A stretch of 64,000 nt of DNA, from NCBI GenBank assembly GCA_037142615.1, contig JBAXAI010000001.1, positions 461,686-525,685 on the forward strand, read 5' to 3'. Source of the DNA: Spirochaetales bacterium (GTDB lineage Bacteria; Spirochaetota; Spirochaetia; JABEVK01). The notes beneath the pieces were generated by a model. That model did not search any database and had not been told where the DNA came from. It saw only the letters and a program-made list of their open reading frames with translations. The position numbers were made by a program, and so were the translations under genes. Positions 1-8,634 of the stretch are shown here, in pieces. Position 1 is the first letter of the stretch. The number at the start of each line of letters is the position of its first letter.

Positions 1-2
1 AA

Positions 3-284
3 GTAGCGCAGATGGAAATCTTCCGGTTCCCCAACCCCGCAGGCCTGCAGGCTGTCGGCGAAAACTTGCTCAAGCCGACCAACGCCTCGGGCGACGCCAT
101 CGCCGGCCGCCCCGGGTTTGACGGCATGGGCAAGGTGCAGCAGCGGTTCCTCGAAATGAGCAACGTGAGTGTCGTGCAAGAAATGGTCAACATGATTGTG
201 GCCCAGCGCGCCTATGAACTTTCGTCCAAAGCCATCCAGACCAGCGACAGCATGCTCGGCATCGCCGCCAACCTGAAGCGATAA
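3..284 (+). CDS. flgG: Flagellar basal-body rod protein FlgG, C-terminal part (5' truncated by window edge)
   Basis: LEMSNVSVVQEMVNMIVAQRAYELSSKAIQTSDSML is the Flg_bbr_C motif; FPNPAGLQAVGENL is typical of FlgG. Confidence 0.95.
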   Translation, partial: VAQMEIFRFPNPAGLQAVGENLLKPTNASGDAIAGRPGFDGMGKVQQRFLEMSNVSVVQEMVNMIVAQRAYELSSKAIQTSDSMLGIAANLKR

Positions 285-294
285 GGAATCGTCC

Positions 295-669
295 ATGAAC
301 GTCCTCGACACGGCCAACCTAAACCTCTCCAACAACCGCTACGACGTCACCTCGCTCACCGCCAGCGCCAAGGCCGCTGCGGGTCATGGCACGAGCGGCA
401 AAATCGACAAGAACTCCGATTTGTACAAGGCCGCCGAGGATTTTCAGTCTATCTTCATCAAGCAGATGCTCGACACCATGCGCAAAACCGTCCACAAGGA
501 AAGCGAAACCGAGCAGAGTCAGGGCGAATCGGTGTTCGAAGACATGCTCTACGACGAGTACTCCAAGAAGATGTCCAAGAGCGCGGGGTTCGATCTGGCC
601 GACAATCTGTATCGGCAGATGAGTTTCCTGCAGAATCTTCCCAAGGCAGACGCCACCGCGACCCTCTGA
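295..669 (+). CDS. flgJ: FlgJ-like rod-binding protein without a muramidase domain
   Basis: LYKAAEDFQSIFIKQMLDTMRKT...FEDMLYDEYSKKM...LADNLYRQM rod-binding motif; AAGGA RBS; directly follows flgG. Confidence 0.85.
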   Translation: MNVLDTANLNLSNNRYDVTSLTASAKAAAGHGTSGKIDKNSDLYKAAEDFQSIFIKQMLDTMRKTVHKESETEQSQGESVFEDMLYDEYSKKMSKSAGFDLADNLYRQMSFLQNLPKADATATL

Positions 670-675
670 TTCCTC

Positions 676-704
676 TTGCGGATGCCCGGTCCGAATTGTA
701 TTCT
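676..704 (+). promoter_or_regulatory. sigma70 promoter, leaderless (TTGCGG-17-TATTCT-6-ATG711)
   Basis: Hexamers and spacing read from sequence; no SD before ATG. Confidence 0.6.
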
Positions 705-710
705 GGGACG

Positions 711-1475
711 ATGCATCCGATTCGCTTTGAGCAAGTTTCCTTTCAGTACGAACAAACCCCCGTCATCACAAGTTGGACTCTGGACGTTCCGGCCGGAATC
801 ACCTCGCTGACAGGTCCCAACGGTTCCGGAAAATCCACCTTTCTGATTCTGGCATCGGGTCGATTCCTGCCCGCCGAGGGCACGGTGCTTCTGCAGGGGC
901 GCGATACCAGATCACTCGACGAGACAACACGCAACCGTCTTGCTTCCCTCTTGTATCAGAACATGGAGTTTGAAAACGAGGAACCGCTGGGCGAGCTGCT
1001 CGAATACGTGCAAAGCGTCGGCTTTTTGACCGACAGGAGTGCCGAACGACGGGCCTCCGTGACGAAGATCTTTGAACTCGATGCCCTTCTGAGCCGCAAG
1101 ACACAGCAATTGAGCAAGGGCGAGATGCAGCGCGCCGTGATGGCCTTTTCGTTGCTCTACGGGAGCTCGGTCGTGGTGATGGATGAGCCAATTTTCGCGC
1201 TCGAGGATCACCAGAAGCACAAGGCCTTGAAGTTCCTGGGTGAGTTCACGCAGGAACTGGGAGTCAGCTTCCTGTTCAGCGTGCATGAGCTCGAACTCAC
1301 CAGGCAGTACTCGCAAAACGTGCTGCTGTTCTCAAAGGATGCCCCGCCTCTGGTTGGGCCCACTCTCGAGGTTCTCAGCCGCGAGAATCTGGAGGCCGCC
1401 TACCAGGTTCCGGCCGCGCTGTTGCACCAAAAAGAAAGGCTGTACAGAGACAGCCTTTTGCAGGAAAAGAAATAA
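711..1475 (+). CDS. ABC transporter ATP-binding protein (FecE/ZnuC-like, no adjacent permease)
   Basis: Walker A GPNGSGKST, signature LSKGEMQR, Walker B VVVMDEP, H-loop SVHE. Confidence 0.9.
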   Translation: MHPIRFEQVSFQYEQTPVITSWTLDVPAGITSLTGPNGSGKSTFLILASGRFLPAEGTVLLQGRDTRSLDETTRNRLASLLYQNMEFENEEPLGELLEYVQSVGFLTDRSAERRASVTKIFELDALLSRKTQQLSKGEMQRAVMAFSLLYGSSVVVMDEPIFALEDHQKHKALKFLGEFTQELGVSFLFSVHELELTRQYSQNVLLFSKDAPPLVGPTLEVLSRENLEAAYQVPAALLHQKERLYRDSLLQEKK

Positions 1476-1479
1476 CTGT

Positions 1480-1552
1480 TGGTGGCAGAGAGATTTGAAC
1501 TCCCGACCGAGCGGATATGAGCCGCTTGCTCTACCGACTGAGCTATGCCACC
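1480..1552 (-). tRNA. tRNA with CAT anticodon, probably elongator tRNA-Met; CCA not encoded
   Basis: Reverse complement GGTGGCATAGCTCAGTCGGTAGAGCAAGCGGCTCATATCCGCTCGGTCGGGAGTTCAAATCTCTCTGCCACCA folds as a cloverleaf; paired G1-C72 argues against initiator; Ile2 not excluded. Confidence 0.93.
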
Positions 1553-1570
1553 GTTCACTGAAGCCCGGTC

Positions 1571-1599
1571 AGAATAGCAGTTCACCGGTCTTTGGTCAA
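1571..1599 (-). promoter_or_regulatory. sigma70 promoter of the tRNA (TTGACC-17-TATTCT)
   Basis: Near-consensus hexamers about 18 nt upstream of the tRNA 5' end. Confidence 0.7.
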
Positions 1600-1615
1600 C
1601 CCAAAAGGAGTCTTC

Positions 1616-2011
1616 ATGGTGCACCGACTTTCTATCGATGTGAGGCACTACGAGTGTGACGTGTACAACCACGTCAACAACGCCACCTACCTGAACTACC
1701 TGGAGTTTGCCCGCGAGCGTTTCCTTACCGACGCCGGGCTGGACTACAGGGCCTGGATGGCTCAGGGCAATGGAATCTGGGTTGCCGAAGTGCACCTGCT
1801 ATGCCTGAGCCCGGCGGTTGCCGGCGAGGAGCTCACGATTGCCAGCCAGACCGAGGAACAGGGCGGGGCTTGGGCGGTTTTGCACCAGCGAATTCTCGGC
1901 CCCGGGGACCGACCGGTGCTCGATGCAAGGGTCAAACTCGTGTGGGTGGGTCCCGGTGGTCGACCGACGCGTATCCCGGCCGAATGGAAGCAGCGTTTCC
2001 AAGACGCGTAG
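1616..2011 (+). CDS. Acyl-CoA thioesterase (4HBT/YbgC family)
   Basis: VRHYECDVYNHVNNATYLNYLEFAR motif; AAGGAG RBS. Confidence 0.9.
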   Translation: MVHRLSIDVRHYECDVYNHVNNATYLNYLEFARERFLTDAGLDYRAWMAQGNGIWVAEVHLLCLSPAVAGEELTIASQTEEQGGAWAVLHQRILGPGDRPVLDARVKLVWVGPGGRPTRIPAEWKQRFQDA

Positions 2012-2013
2012 CC

Positions 2014-4944
2014 CTACAGAAGTTTGAGCCGTTTGCCCTCTGCCAGGTACTGGGCGTTCCAGTACGGCCGGTGTAGAAACTCCTGCCGCTGAAGGGGGTC
2101 CTCGATCCGGCTGGCCCGAGTTTGGATGTCCTTCAGGGCCCTTCCGAGCAGAGTTAGGCGTAGCGCCTCTTGTTCGGCGACGTTCCGAGGAAGCACGAGA
2201 TAGTACCAGAAGTAGTACTGGCCAGAGGTGATGTCGAGGTCGAGAAGGCTTTTTTGCGCAAGGAGCGTCTGAAACCGTTGGCTGGCAGCTTCGGCGTTCT
2301 CGAGCAAGCCTTCCAACAGGACCGTAAAGGCCTCGGCCTGCCCTTCGAGCACGCCTTTTTCGCCGGCTTTGGCCAGCACGCGGTCCTCAAGGGCGCTGAA
2401 CCCGGTGGACCAAGGCGTGCCTTCGCCACAGAAGGGTTGAGTCGGTTTGACCAGCTTCAGGCCTCGGCGCACCGTGTCGAGGGCCAAGGCCGGGTTTCGG
2501 TCAAAATAGTGGGCTTCCGAAAGGAAGAAGTTTCTCTCCAGGCCCTCGGGCAAGGCTTCAAACATGGCGCGGGCCACCCGGGTGTTCCCGGAATAGGCTT
2601 CGCAGCGGCCTTTCCAGAGGCCCAGAACTTCGTTGGAGCCCTCGCGCCCATAATTCTGGCCTACTCTTTGCGCCGCCTCGAGGTATTCCAGCGCCTTCGC
2701 GTAGTCACCCCGGTCGAACTCCAGCCTGGCCCTGAGAAACAGAACAAAAAGCCGGGCCTGCTGCATCCCGCTGCGAACAATCACAGGTTCCAGACGGTCA
2801 AGAGTTTTGACAGAAGCGCTCAGGTGCCCCAAAAGGAACAGGCTCATTGCGTCGAGGATAGAGTTCTGCACCACGCCATAAAGGGAACCATTCTTTTCGG
2901 CCATGCGCGAAGCGATGTCAAAGTAGTCTCGGCCTTCCTCGAGTTTCTTGCGGCGCAAGAGGGTGAGGCCGATTTCTGTGTTGGCCCGCGTCTCGAGCAG
3001 GCCGAGATTCTGCTCCTGCGCCGCCAACAGCGCGCGCTTGAGCCGACCAAAACCCTCGACGAGGTTACCGATGCGAAGGTGAAACCGTCCCTGTTGGAGC
3101 AACCACTCGGGGCTCGGTGCGTTTTCGGTCTTCGGGGTGAAGAAGCGCCGAAAAGCGTCAATCGACTCGGGGGTCCAGCTCTTTCCTGGCTGATTGAGCG
3201 CAAAACGCAGTTTTGACGCGGCGGCCAGTTGCCTCAATGCATCGCGGGCTTCCTCGGGCTGAACCTCTTCCCACAACTCGGGCCGGAGTATTGTCAGAAA
3301 GTCACCTTCGCCGCGGTCGATCTTGTGGGTGATGTAGTGGGAAAGCACAGCGGTAGCGGCGGGGTACTGCCGGTAAGAGTGCAGCAGCGCAAAGACGATT
3401 TCTGAAAGTCGCTTCTCGTGGAGCCACCACTGGTACAAGAACTCACCAAACTTCTGCCTCAGGGCTCCTACTTCGGCCCCGAGCCTTTCGCGAAGTGGGG
3501 TCTGGAAGTCGGGCCTCAGGGCAAGACTCCCGTCTCCAAAGGCCAGGAAGCCAAGATTCTTAAGATTCTGAACCTTGTCGCGAATGACGGCAGCGTCTTC
3601 GCCAAGGAACTGGAAGAAGTCGATGAGCCGAGCTTCGTCGAGAAGCGATCTCCCTTCGAGGAAGATGAGGTAGACCTTGTGGTGGGACGTATCGAGCGAC
3701 AGCAGCAGTGCCCAGCTTGGATCTTGCCCGGGGCCTTCGACACCCCAGCACTTTTCTTGAAGTCCGATCAAATAGTGCGCGACCGAAGCGCCCCGGTCGT
3801 CACACAGGGCAACCACCGCGGGCGGAAGCGGGGGAAATCGGTCGCCCCAACCTCTGTTTTCTCGCTCTTTGGAAAGTCGTGCGGCGTTCAGCGCCGGGAA
3901 GCTCCAGGCGAGGCTGGGCCCGCGAGCCAGAAACTCCCGGTTCGCAGCCGGTTCCAGAAGTAGAACCCAAAGACCATCGCGCGATACCAGTGGGGCGAGC
4001 ACGTCCTCCAGAAGGGCCGCGGTTGAGGGCTCATAGTCCTGAGGCGACAGGAACACGAACACAGGAGGAAGGCCCCTTTCGCGCAGGCGCCCGATCACCG
4101 CCCGATAGTAGGCTGTCAAGGCAACGGTAACGTCCTCGCGGCTGGAATCTCCCGGAAACTCGGCCGCGCCACGGGAACGTAGCAAAAGCTGCCACGGGGG
4201 ACTTTCTGCCTCGAGCCGATCGAGAATCTGGCCATCGATTTGCCCGAGGAGCTGGGTCAGGAAGTCACGGCTGGAGTCCAGAGGAAATACCACGGGAAAG
4301 TCTTCCTGACTGCCGTAAAGGTGCTGAAGAATAGCCCTCAGCACGTAGACCTTTTCTGACAGATGGTTGCCTTTGAGGCGAACCACCTTGCCTGCGGTCG
4401 ATGTCTGGTCGGGGGGCAGTTGTCGGGCCAGGGGCACTTGCAGCCCGTCTACCCAGCCGGTTACTTCCAGCAGCTGCCAAAACGATAGCGGAGTGATGAC
4501 CTCTTTCGGAGGTGGCCCGAGGACTTCTGCGAGCGGATCGCCGGGCTCCACGGGAAAGACGCCAGAGAGCTGGGGAAGAACGGTTTGACCTGCCCAGACC
4601 GAGTTTTCCTTGGGTGCGACAAACAACAGTGCCTTCAGGCGCCCAAAAACTTGCAGGTCGTCGGGCGAATCATCCCGCTCCAACAGTAGGTTGAAGCCAA
4701 ACAACTCGTCTTTTTTTCGCTCCAACGATTCGCGGGTCAGGAAGAGGAAATCCGACACCAGGTGCAGGACCTTTTCTCTTTGCGGGTGGAACGAAAAGAG
4801 GAAGAATCCGTTCTGCTCGCGAACCAGTTTTCCACCCCGGTTGGCGCTGAAATGCTCGAGCAGGCCACGAAGCTCGGCGACCTCAGAAGTGCGCAACCGA
4901 GAGAGTTGGCGGTAGTTCGCGATTTCCACGAGGACGTAGTACAT
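2014..4944 (-). CDS. Large TPR protein with degenerate cyclase-like and STAND NTPase-like N-terminal region
   Basis: 976-aa ORF; C-terminal TPR-like helices; see findings. Confidence 0.7.
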   Translation of the reverse strand: MYYVLVEIANYRQLSRLRTSEVAELRGLLEHFSANRGGKLVREQNGFFLFSFHPQREKVLHLVSDFLFLTRESLERKKDELFGFNLLLERDDSPDDLQVFGRLKALLFVAPKENSVWAGQTVLPQLSGVFPVEPGDPLAEVLGPPPKEVITPLSFWQLLEVTGWVDGLQVPLARQLPPDQTSTAGKVVRLKGNHLSEKVYVLRAILQHLYGSQEDFPVVFPLDSSRDFLTQLLGQIDGQILDRLEAESPPWQLLLRSRGAAEFPGDSSREDVTVALTAYYRAVIGRLRERGLPPVFVFLSPQDYEPSTAALLEDVLAPLVSRDGLWVLLLEPAANREFLARGPSLAWSFPALNAARLSKERENRGWGDRFPPLPPAVVALCDDRGASVAHYLIGLQEKCWGVEGPGQDPSWALLLSLDTSHHKVYLIFLEGRSLLDEARLIDFFQFLGEDAAVIRDKVQNLKNLGFLAFGDGSLALRPDFQTPLRERLGAEVGALRQKFGEFLYQWWLHEKRLSEIVFALLHSYRQYPAATAVLSHYITHKIDRGEGDFLTILRPELWEEVQPEEARDALRQLAAASKLRFALNQPGKSWTPESIDAFRRFFTPKTENAPSPEWLLQQGRFHLRIGNLVEGFGRLKRALLAAQEQNLGLLETRANTEIGLTLLRRKKLEEGRDYFDIASRMAEKNGSLYGVVQNSILDAMSLFLLGHLSASVKTLDRLEPVIVRSGMQQARLFVLFLRARLEFDRGDYAKALEYLEAAQRVGQNYGREGSNEVLGLWKGRCEAYSGNTRVARAMFEALPEGLERNFFLSEAHYFDRNPALALDTVRRGLKLVKPTQPFCGEGTPWSTGFSALEDRVLAKAGEKGVLEGQAEAFTVLLEGLLENAEAASQRFQTLLAQKSLLDLDITSGQYYFWYYLVLPRNVAEQEALRLTLLGRALKDIQTRASRIEDPLQRQEFLHRPYWNAQYLAEGKRLKLL

Positions 4945-4974
4945 AACCAGTAAATCGGTAGAAAAAATCGCTTC

Positions 4975-5003
4975 TTGACGGATTTCCCCGGCGCTGGTAG
5001 CCT
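4975..5003 (+). promoter_or_regulatory. sigma70 promoter (TTGACG-17-TAGCCT)
   Basis: Hexamers and spacing upstream of ATG5019. Confidence 0.6.
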
Positions 5004-5018
5004 GATCGCGTAATTGCC

Positions 5019-6974
5019 ATGCCCGAACTTCTTCAAAACTTCATTTACAACTCGTTCTGGGCCAAGGCTCTTGTTGCAGTTGTGCTTTTTCTCTATCTGC
5101 TCAAGTTAGGCAAAGACTCTTCTATCGCTGTGCTGCCGTCGTTCCGTTTGTTGGTGCCAGTCCTGCTCGCCACGGACTTCGCGTTGGCGTTACTTCCGCA
5201 CTTTGTCATTTTTCCCGTATTCCAGGCTTTAGCTGTCCAGCTTGTGTATTATCAGGTGTTGGGCCGTGTCACCGGCAAGGCTCGGTATCCTCTGGTTTTT
5301 TGGCTTTTCGGAGGCGTTTCCCTGTTGGTAGCGGGAGCGTCTTCGCTGGCGGATCTGCCATGGTTTGCGAGCCTCTTGTTCCCACTGGTCTCGCTGGGGT
5401 TGTGGATCAACTTCGGCGCCCAGCTTTACTGTGTTTCCGAGTACAACACCGAGAACAGTCTCGAAATCCGCCTGGCTCGGCGAAATCTGGTCCAAATTCA
5501 GATCGGTGTCACGTCGCTGGTACTGATTCTGACTCCTTGGGGGGGCTACCTCAACCCGATCGTCCAGATGCTGGTGTTGCCGGGAAGTTACCTGATCCAC
5601 CTGCTGACGCTCAACCGGTGGGAGCAGGGCCAGCAGGTGGCTTCCACCCACCACGTCGAGGCGCTCGAGAAGAATCTCGGGTCGCTCTTTGAGTTCATGA
5701 TCGCCATCGGCAACGCCATCAGCGAAAAACTCGAGATCGACAAGGTGCTCGAGTTCGTCGTCCGATCGGCCGTCAAGGCCACTGCCGCCGACGGCGGGGC
5801 CATCTTCCTCGTTGACGAGTTCGAAGATGTCCTCCGGGTCAAGGCCGTAGAAGGTGACTTTCCTCCCCCCTACGCGGTCCCGGCCAAGGTGAAGGCCAAG
5901 ATTACGAGCCTGAGCGAGTACTTCGTCTCGACCCCGATTCCGCTGAACAAGACCATTGTCGGCGAGTGCGCGATGGGACGCAAAGGAGTGTACATCCGCG
6001 ATACGAGGCTTGACCCGCGGATGGCTCAAAACGCGGCGCTCGACCAACTGCACATCTCGAGCATCATCCTCGTGCCCTTGATGCAAGGTACCAAGGTGTT
6101 TGGCGTGCTGGCCATTGTTTCACGGCGAGGCAACTTTCAGTTCACCGTCGATCATTATTCTCAGATCAAGACTTTCGCCGACTACACTTCGCTCACCATC
6201 AACAGCCTGTTCACCTACCTGCAGCTCCTCGAAAAGCAGGAAATGGAAAAAGAGGTTGGAATCGCCGCCGAGATTCAGGGTCAGTTGCTGCCCGGAAGTC
6301 TCCCCAGGGTGTCGAGCGTGTCGCTGGCCGCCTTTTCCCAGCCAGCCAAGGGCGTTTCGGGCGACTACTACGACATTATCAGCATTCGCAAGGGACACAT
6401 CATGCTGGCTGTGTGCGACGTGGCGGGCAAGGGAATCCCGGCGTCGCTTGTCATGGTGATGATCCGCACCATCATTCATCTGGTGGCGCATCAGCCCGGA
6501 ATGCACGTCAGCCGCATCCTCGACGTGGTCAACTGGGGCATTGCCGGCAAGGTGTCGCTCGACCGTTTTGCGACCGTCGCCTTGTTGACTTACGACTTTG
6601 CCCAGCATAAGCTGGAGTACTCCAACGCGGCGCACCACCCGCTCCTGATTTACCGCGCCGTTTCGCGGTCGTTCGAAACCTTCGATACCGAGGGGATTCC
6701 GATCGGTCTCGAGAAAAAAACGCGCTACGAGCAAGTGGAAACCCAGCTGGGAAAAGGAGATATCGTCATTCTGTACACCGACGGTATCATCGAGGCCATG
6801 AACGAAAAGGGTATGCAGTACACCTACGAATCGTTGCAAAGTGTTGTCGAAAAAAACTGCGAAAAGGCCCCCGAGGCACTTAAGCGCGCCATCATCGAAG
6901 ATGTGAACGCTTTTGTCGGCAAGGCTCGCCAACACGACGACCAGACTTTTGTCCTGATGAAGGTTGAGAACTAA
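5019..6974 (+). CDS. Membrane-bound GAF-domain SpoIIE/RsbU-type PP2C phosphatase
   Basis: Several N-terminal TM helices, GAF region, VSGDYYD, CDVAGKGIPA, LYTDGIIEA, HDDQT motifs. Confidence 0.92.
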   Translation: MPELLQNFIYNSFWAKALVAVVLFLYLLKLGKDSSIAVLPSFRLLVPVLLATDFALALLPHFVIFPVFQALAVQLVYYQVLGRVTGKARYPLVFWLFGGVSLLVAGASSLADLPWFASLLFPLVSLGLWINFGAQLYCVSEYNTENSLEIRLARRNLVQIQIGVTSLVLILTPWGGYLNPIVQMLVLPGSYLIHLLTLNRWEQGQQVASTHHVEALEKNLGSLFEFMIAIGNAISEKLEIDKVLEFVVRSAVKATAADGGAIFLVDEFEDVLRVKAVEGDFPPPYAVPAKVKAKITSLSEYFVSTPIPLNKTIVGECAMGRKGVYIRDTRLDPRMAQNAALDQLHISSIILVPLMQGTKVFGVLAIVSRRGNFQFTVDHYSQIKTFADYTSLTINSLFTYLQLLEKQEMEKEVGIAAEIQGQLLPGSLPRVSSVSLAAFSQPAKGVSGDYYDIISIRKGHIMLAVCDVAGKGIPASLVMVMIRTIIHLVAHQPGMHVSRILDVVNWGIAGKVSLDRFATVALLTYDFAQHKLEYSNAAHHPLLIYRAVSRSFETFDTEGIPIGLEKKTRYEQVETQLGKGDIVILYTDGIIEAMNEKGMQYTYESLQSVVEKNCEKAPEALKRAIIEDVNAFVGKARQHDDQTFVLMKVEN

Positions 6975-6986
6975 GGAGATCTGTCC

Positions 6987-7328
6987 ATGGATCTGAAAAT
7001 CAGAAAGCACACCGAGACCTACATCATCGACGTCAATGGTGAAATGGACCTCTACAATTCCTACAAGCTCAAAGAACTCGTGATGAAGATGCTCGAAAAG
7101 AAAGTGGAGCAGTTCGTGATCAACCTGGAAAACGTGGACTACATCGACTCCTCCGGCATCGGCGCACTCATCTACATCTGCTCGACAATCAAGAAGATGA
7201 ACCTCAAGCTTGTGATCTGCAACATCCACGGCTCGGTCAAAAAAGTCATCGAATTGACCAAGTTGATGGGCTATTTCCCCATTGCTGGGACGGTCGAAGA
7301 TTCCTTGCAGAAGATCGCTTCGCAGTAA
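6987..7328 (+). CDS. STAS-domain anti-sigma factor antagonist (RsbV/SpoIIAA-like)
   Basis: GEMDLYNS...VDYIDSSGIGAL with conserved phospho-Ser; AAGGAG RBS. Confidence 0.93.
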   Translation: MDLKIRKHTETYIIDVNGEMDLYNSYKLKELVMKMLEKKVEQFVINLENVDYIDSSGIGALIYICSTIKKMNLKLVICNIHGSVKKVIELTKLMGYFPIAGTVEDSLQKIASQ

Positions 7329-7341
7329 CAGAGAGGATCGT

Positions 7342-7890
7342 ATGCCCAACGATATCAAAGAACTGATCGTCAACCCCCAGCACCCGCTCTTTGACAAGAC
7401 TGGTATGTTCTTCAAGGAGTTCCCCAGCGACTTCCGACAGATCCGCTACTTCACGCTGCTGATCGTCCAGAAGGCCCCGCCCGAAATCAAGGAACTCAAC
7501 CTGCTCGAACAGCAGATCAGTGAAGTGATCAAAAACGCTGTCAAACATGGCAACCACAGCAATCCTGAAAAGAAGATCCGGGTTTGGTACAGTTTCTCGA
7601 CGGCTCACGCCCACATCATCGTGGAAGATCAGGGAGAAGGATTTCAGGGAATCGAAACCTGGAACGCGTTCAACCGCAAGCGGGTCGAGTGTTTTGTCGC
7701 CCAGAACTTCGAGGACCTCGCGCAATACGTCAGCTACAAAACCCCCCGCAGTGATGATCACGACGGGGGCAACGCGATGTTTGCTGCCGTGGAGTACTGG
7801 AACGATGGCGTGGTCTACGACACCCCTCGCACCAGCGTTGCCGTGGGAAAAACCTTCCAGCAACGGCGCCACGGCGTCGAAATCCTGTAG
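7342..7890 (+). CDS. Anti-sigma factor Ser kinase-like HATPase (RsbW/SpoIIAB-like)
   Basis: EVIKNAVKHGN N-box, IVEDQGEGF G1-box; GAGAGG RBS; follows STAS gene. Confidence 0.85.
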   Translation: MPNDIKELIVNPQHPLFDKTGMFFKEFPSDFRQIRYFTLLIVQKAPPEIKELNLLEQQISEVIKNAVKHGNHSNPEKKIRVWYSFSTAHAHIIVEDQGEGFQGIETWNAFNRKRVECFVAQNFEDLAQYVSYKTPRSDDHDGGNAMFAAVEYWNDGVVYDTPRTSVAVGKTFQQRRHGVEIL

Positions 7891-7894
7891 CTTG

Positions 7895-8578
7895 CTACGG
7901 TAGAACGCTGGTGACGGGGTTGGCCCCGGGATCGAAGGGAAGCGAAGTCCCGAGCTCGAACCATTGAAGGTCGGTGACAAGCCAATGATCCGAACTGCTT
8001 TCCAGATACAGCAGGCCCTTCGCGGCACGGTCGGAATCTCGCAGAAGGAAAGGCCTGAGCAACCCGCCCTCTTCGGGAGAAATCGGTAGCCCCCAACGAA
8101 CCTTCGAAGCCCCCCAGCCTGAGTCCTTGAGCGCCTGGAAGCGACCCTTGAGGTAAGCCGTCCACCGCTGGCTCGTCAAGCCGCCGTCGAAGCCCCTGCC
8201 GCTGAGTTGGGCCAGAAACTTGCGCGCGACCTGGGCCGCTTCGTCGGTGCCAGAGTCCAGGGGGCCGAGGTCGAAATCCCGAACCAAGGCAGACGAAAAC
8301 GCCTGCCTCTGGAGAAGAAACTCCTTGCCGGTCAATAAGCTCTGATCAAACACCCTTGCGGTTGCCGGAACGGGAGCCGCCCTCGAGGCCGGGCGTGCAC
8401 CCGGAGCGTTGGGAACGGCCCCGGGCGCAGGGGTTCCGGGCGCAGGGGTTCCCGACTGGGTGCGTCCCGGTGGCGGCGTCACGACCTTGGGAGGCACAGG
8501 TTTGGCCGGAGTGCAGCCGGTCAGCAGGGCAAGGGCAAGAACCCCGGCCAAGGTCGAGCGGTAAAGAGTGGTGGGCAC
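7895..8578 (-). CDS. Hypothetical lipoprotein with Pro-rich linker
   Basis: GTG start, signal ending LALLTG-C (lipobox), Pro/Ala-rich tether. Confidence 0.7.
   Translation of the reverse strand: MPTTLYRSTLAGVLALALLTGCTPAKPVPPKVVTPPPGRTQSGTPAPGTPAPGAVPNAPGARPASRAAPVPATARVFDQSLLTGKEFLLQRQAFSSALVRDFDLGPLDSGTDEAAQVARKFLAQLSGRGFDGGLTSQRWTAYLKGRFQALKDSGWGASKVRWGLPISPEEGGLLRPFLLRDSDRAAKGLLYLESSSDHWLVTDLQWFELGTSLPFDPGANPVTSVLP
8421..8450. repeat. 2 x 15-bp tandem repeat encoding (G)TPAP units
   Basis: CCGGGCGCAGGGGTT repeated twice. Confidence 0.85.
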
Positions 8579-8584
8579 TTCACC

Positions 8585-8627
8585 ATCGTAGTCGAGTCTG
8601 GACAACCCGTCCAGAAGCCCCTACAAT
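8585..8627. promoter_or_regulatory. Overlapping bidirectional sigma70 promoters, both leaderless
   Basis: +: TGGACA(8599)-17-TACAAT-7-ATG8635; -: TGGACG-17-TACGAT-6-GTG8578; palindrome TCTGGAC-N5-GTCCAGA at 8597-8615. Confidence 0.7.
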
Positions 8628-8634
8628 CCCGGTC

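Noticed and set aside
1480-1552. tRNA as an integration site, or as initiator tRNA
   Set aside because: No duplicated 3' end or integrase was seen; position 1-72 is paired, unlike tRNA-fMet
8356-8634. Upstream extensions given by the ORF track (8356, 10504, 14820, 23282, 54394, 57217 and others)
   Set aside because: They overlap neighbouring genes; downstream starts fit RBS, promoter or signal-peptide evidence better
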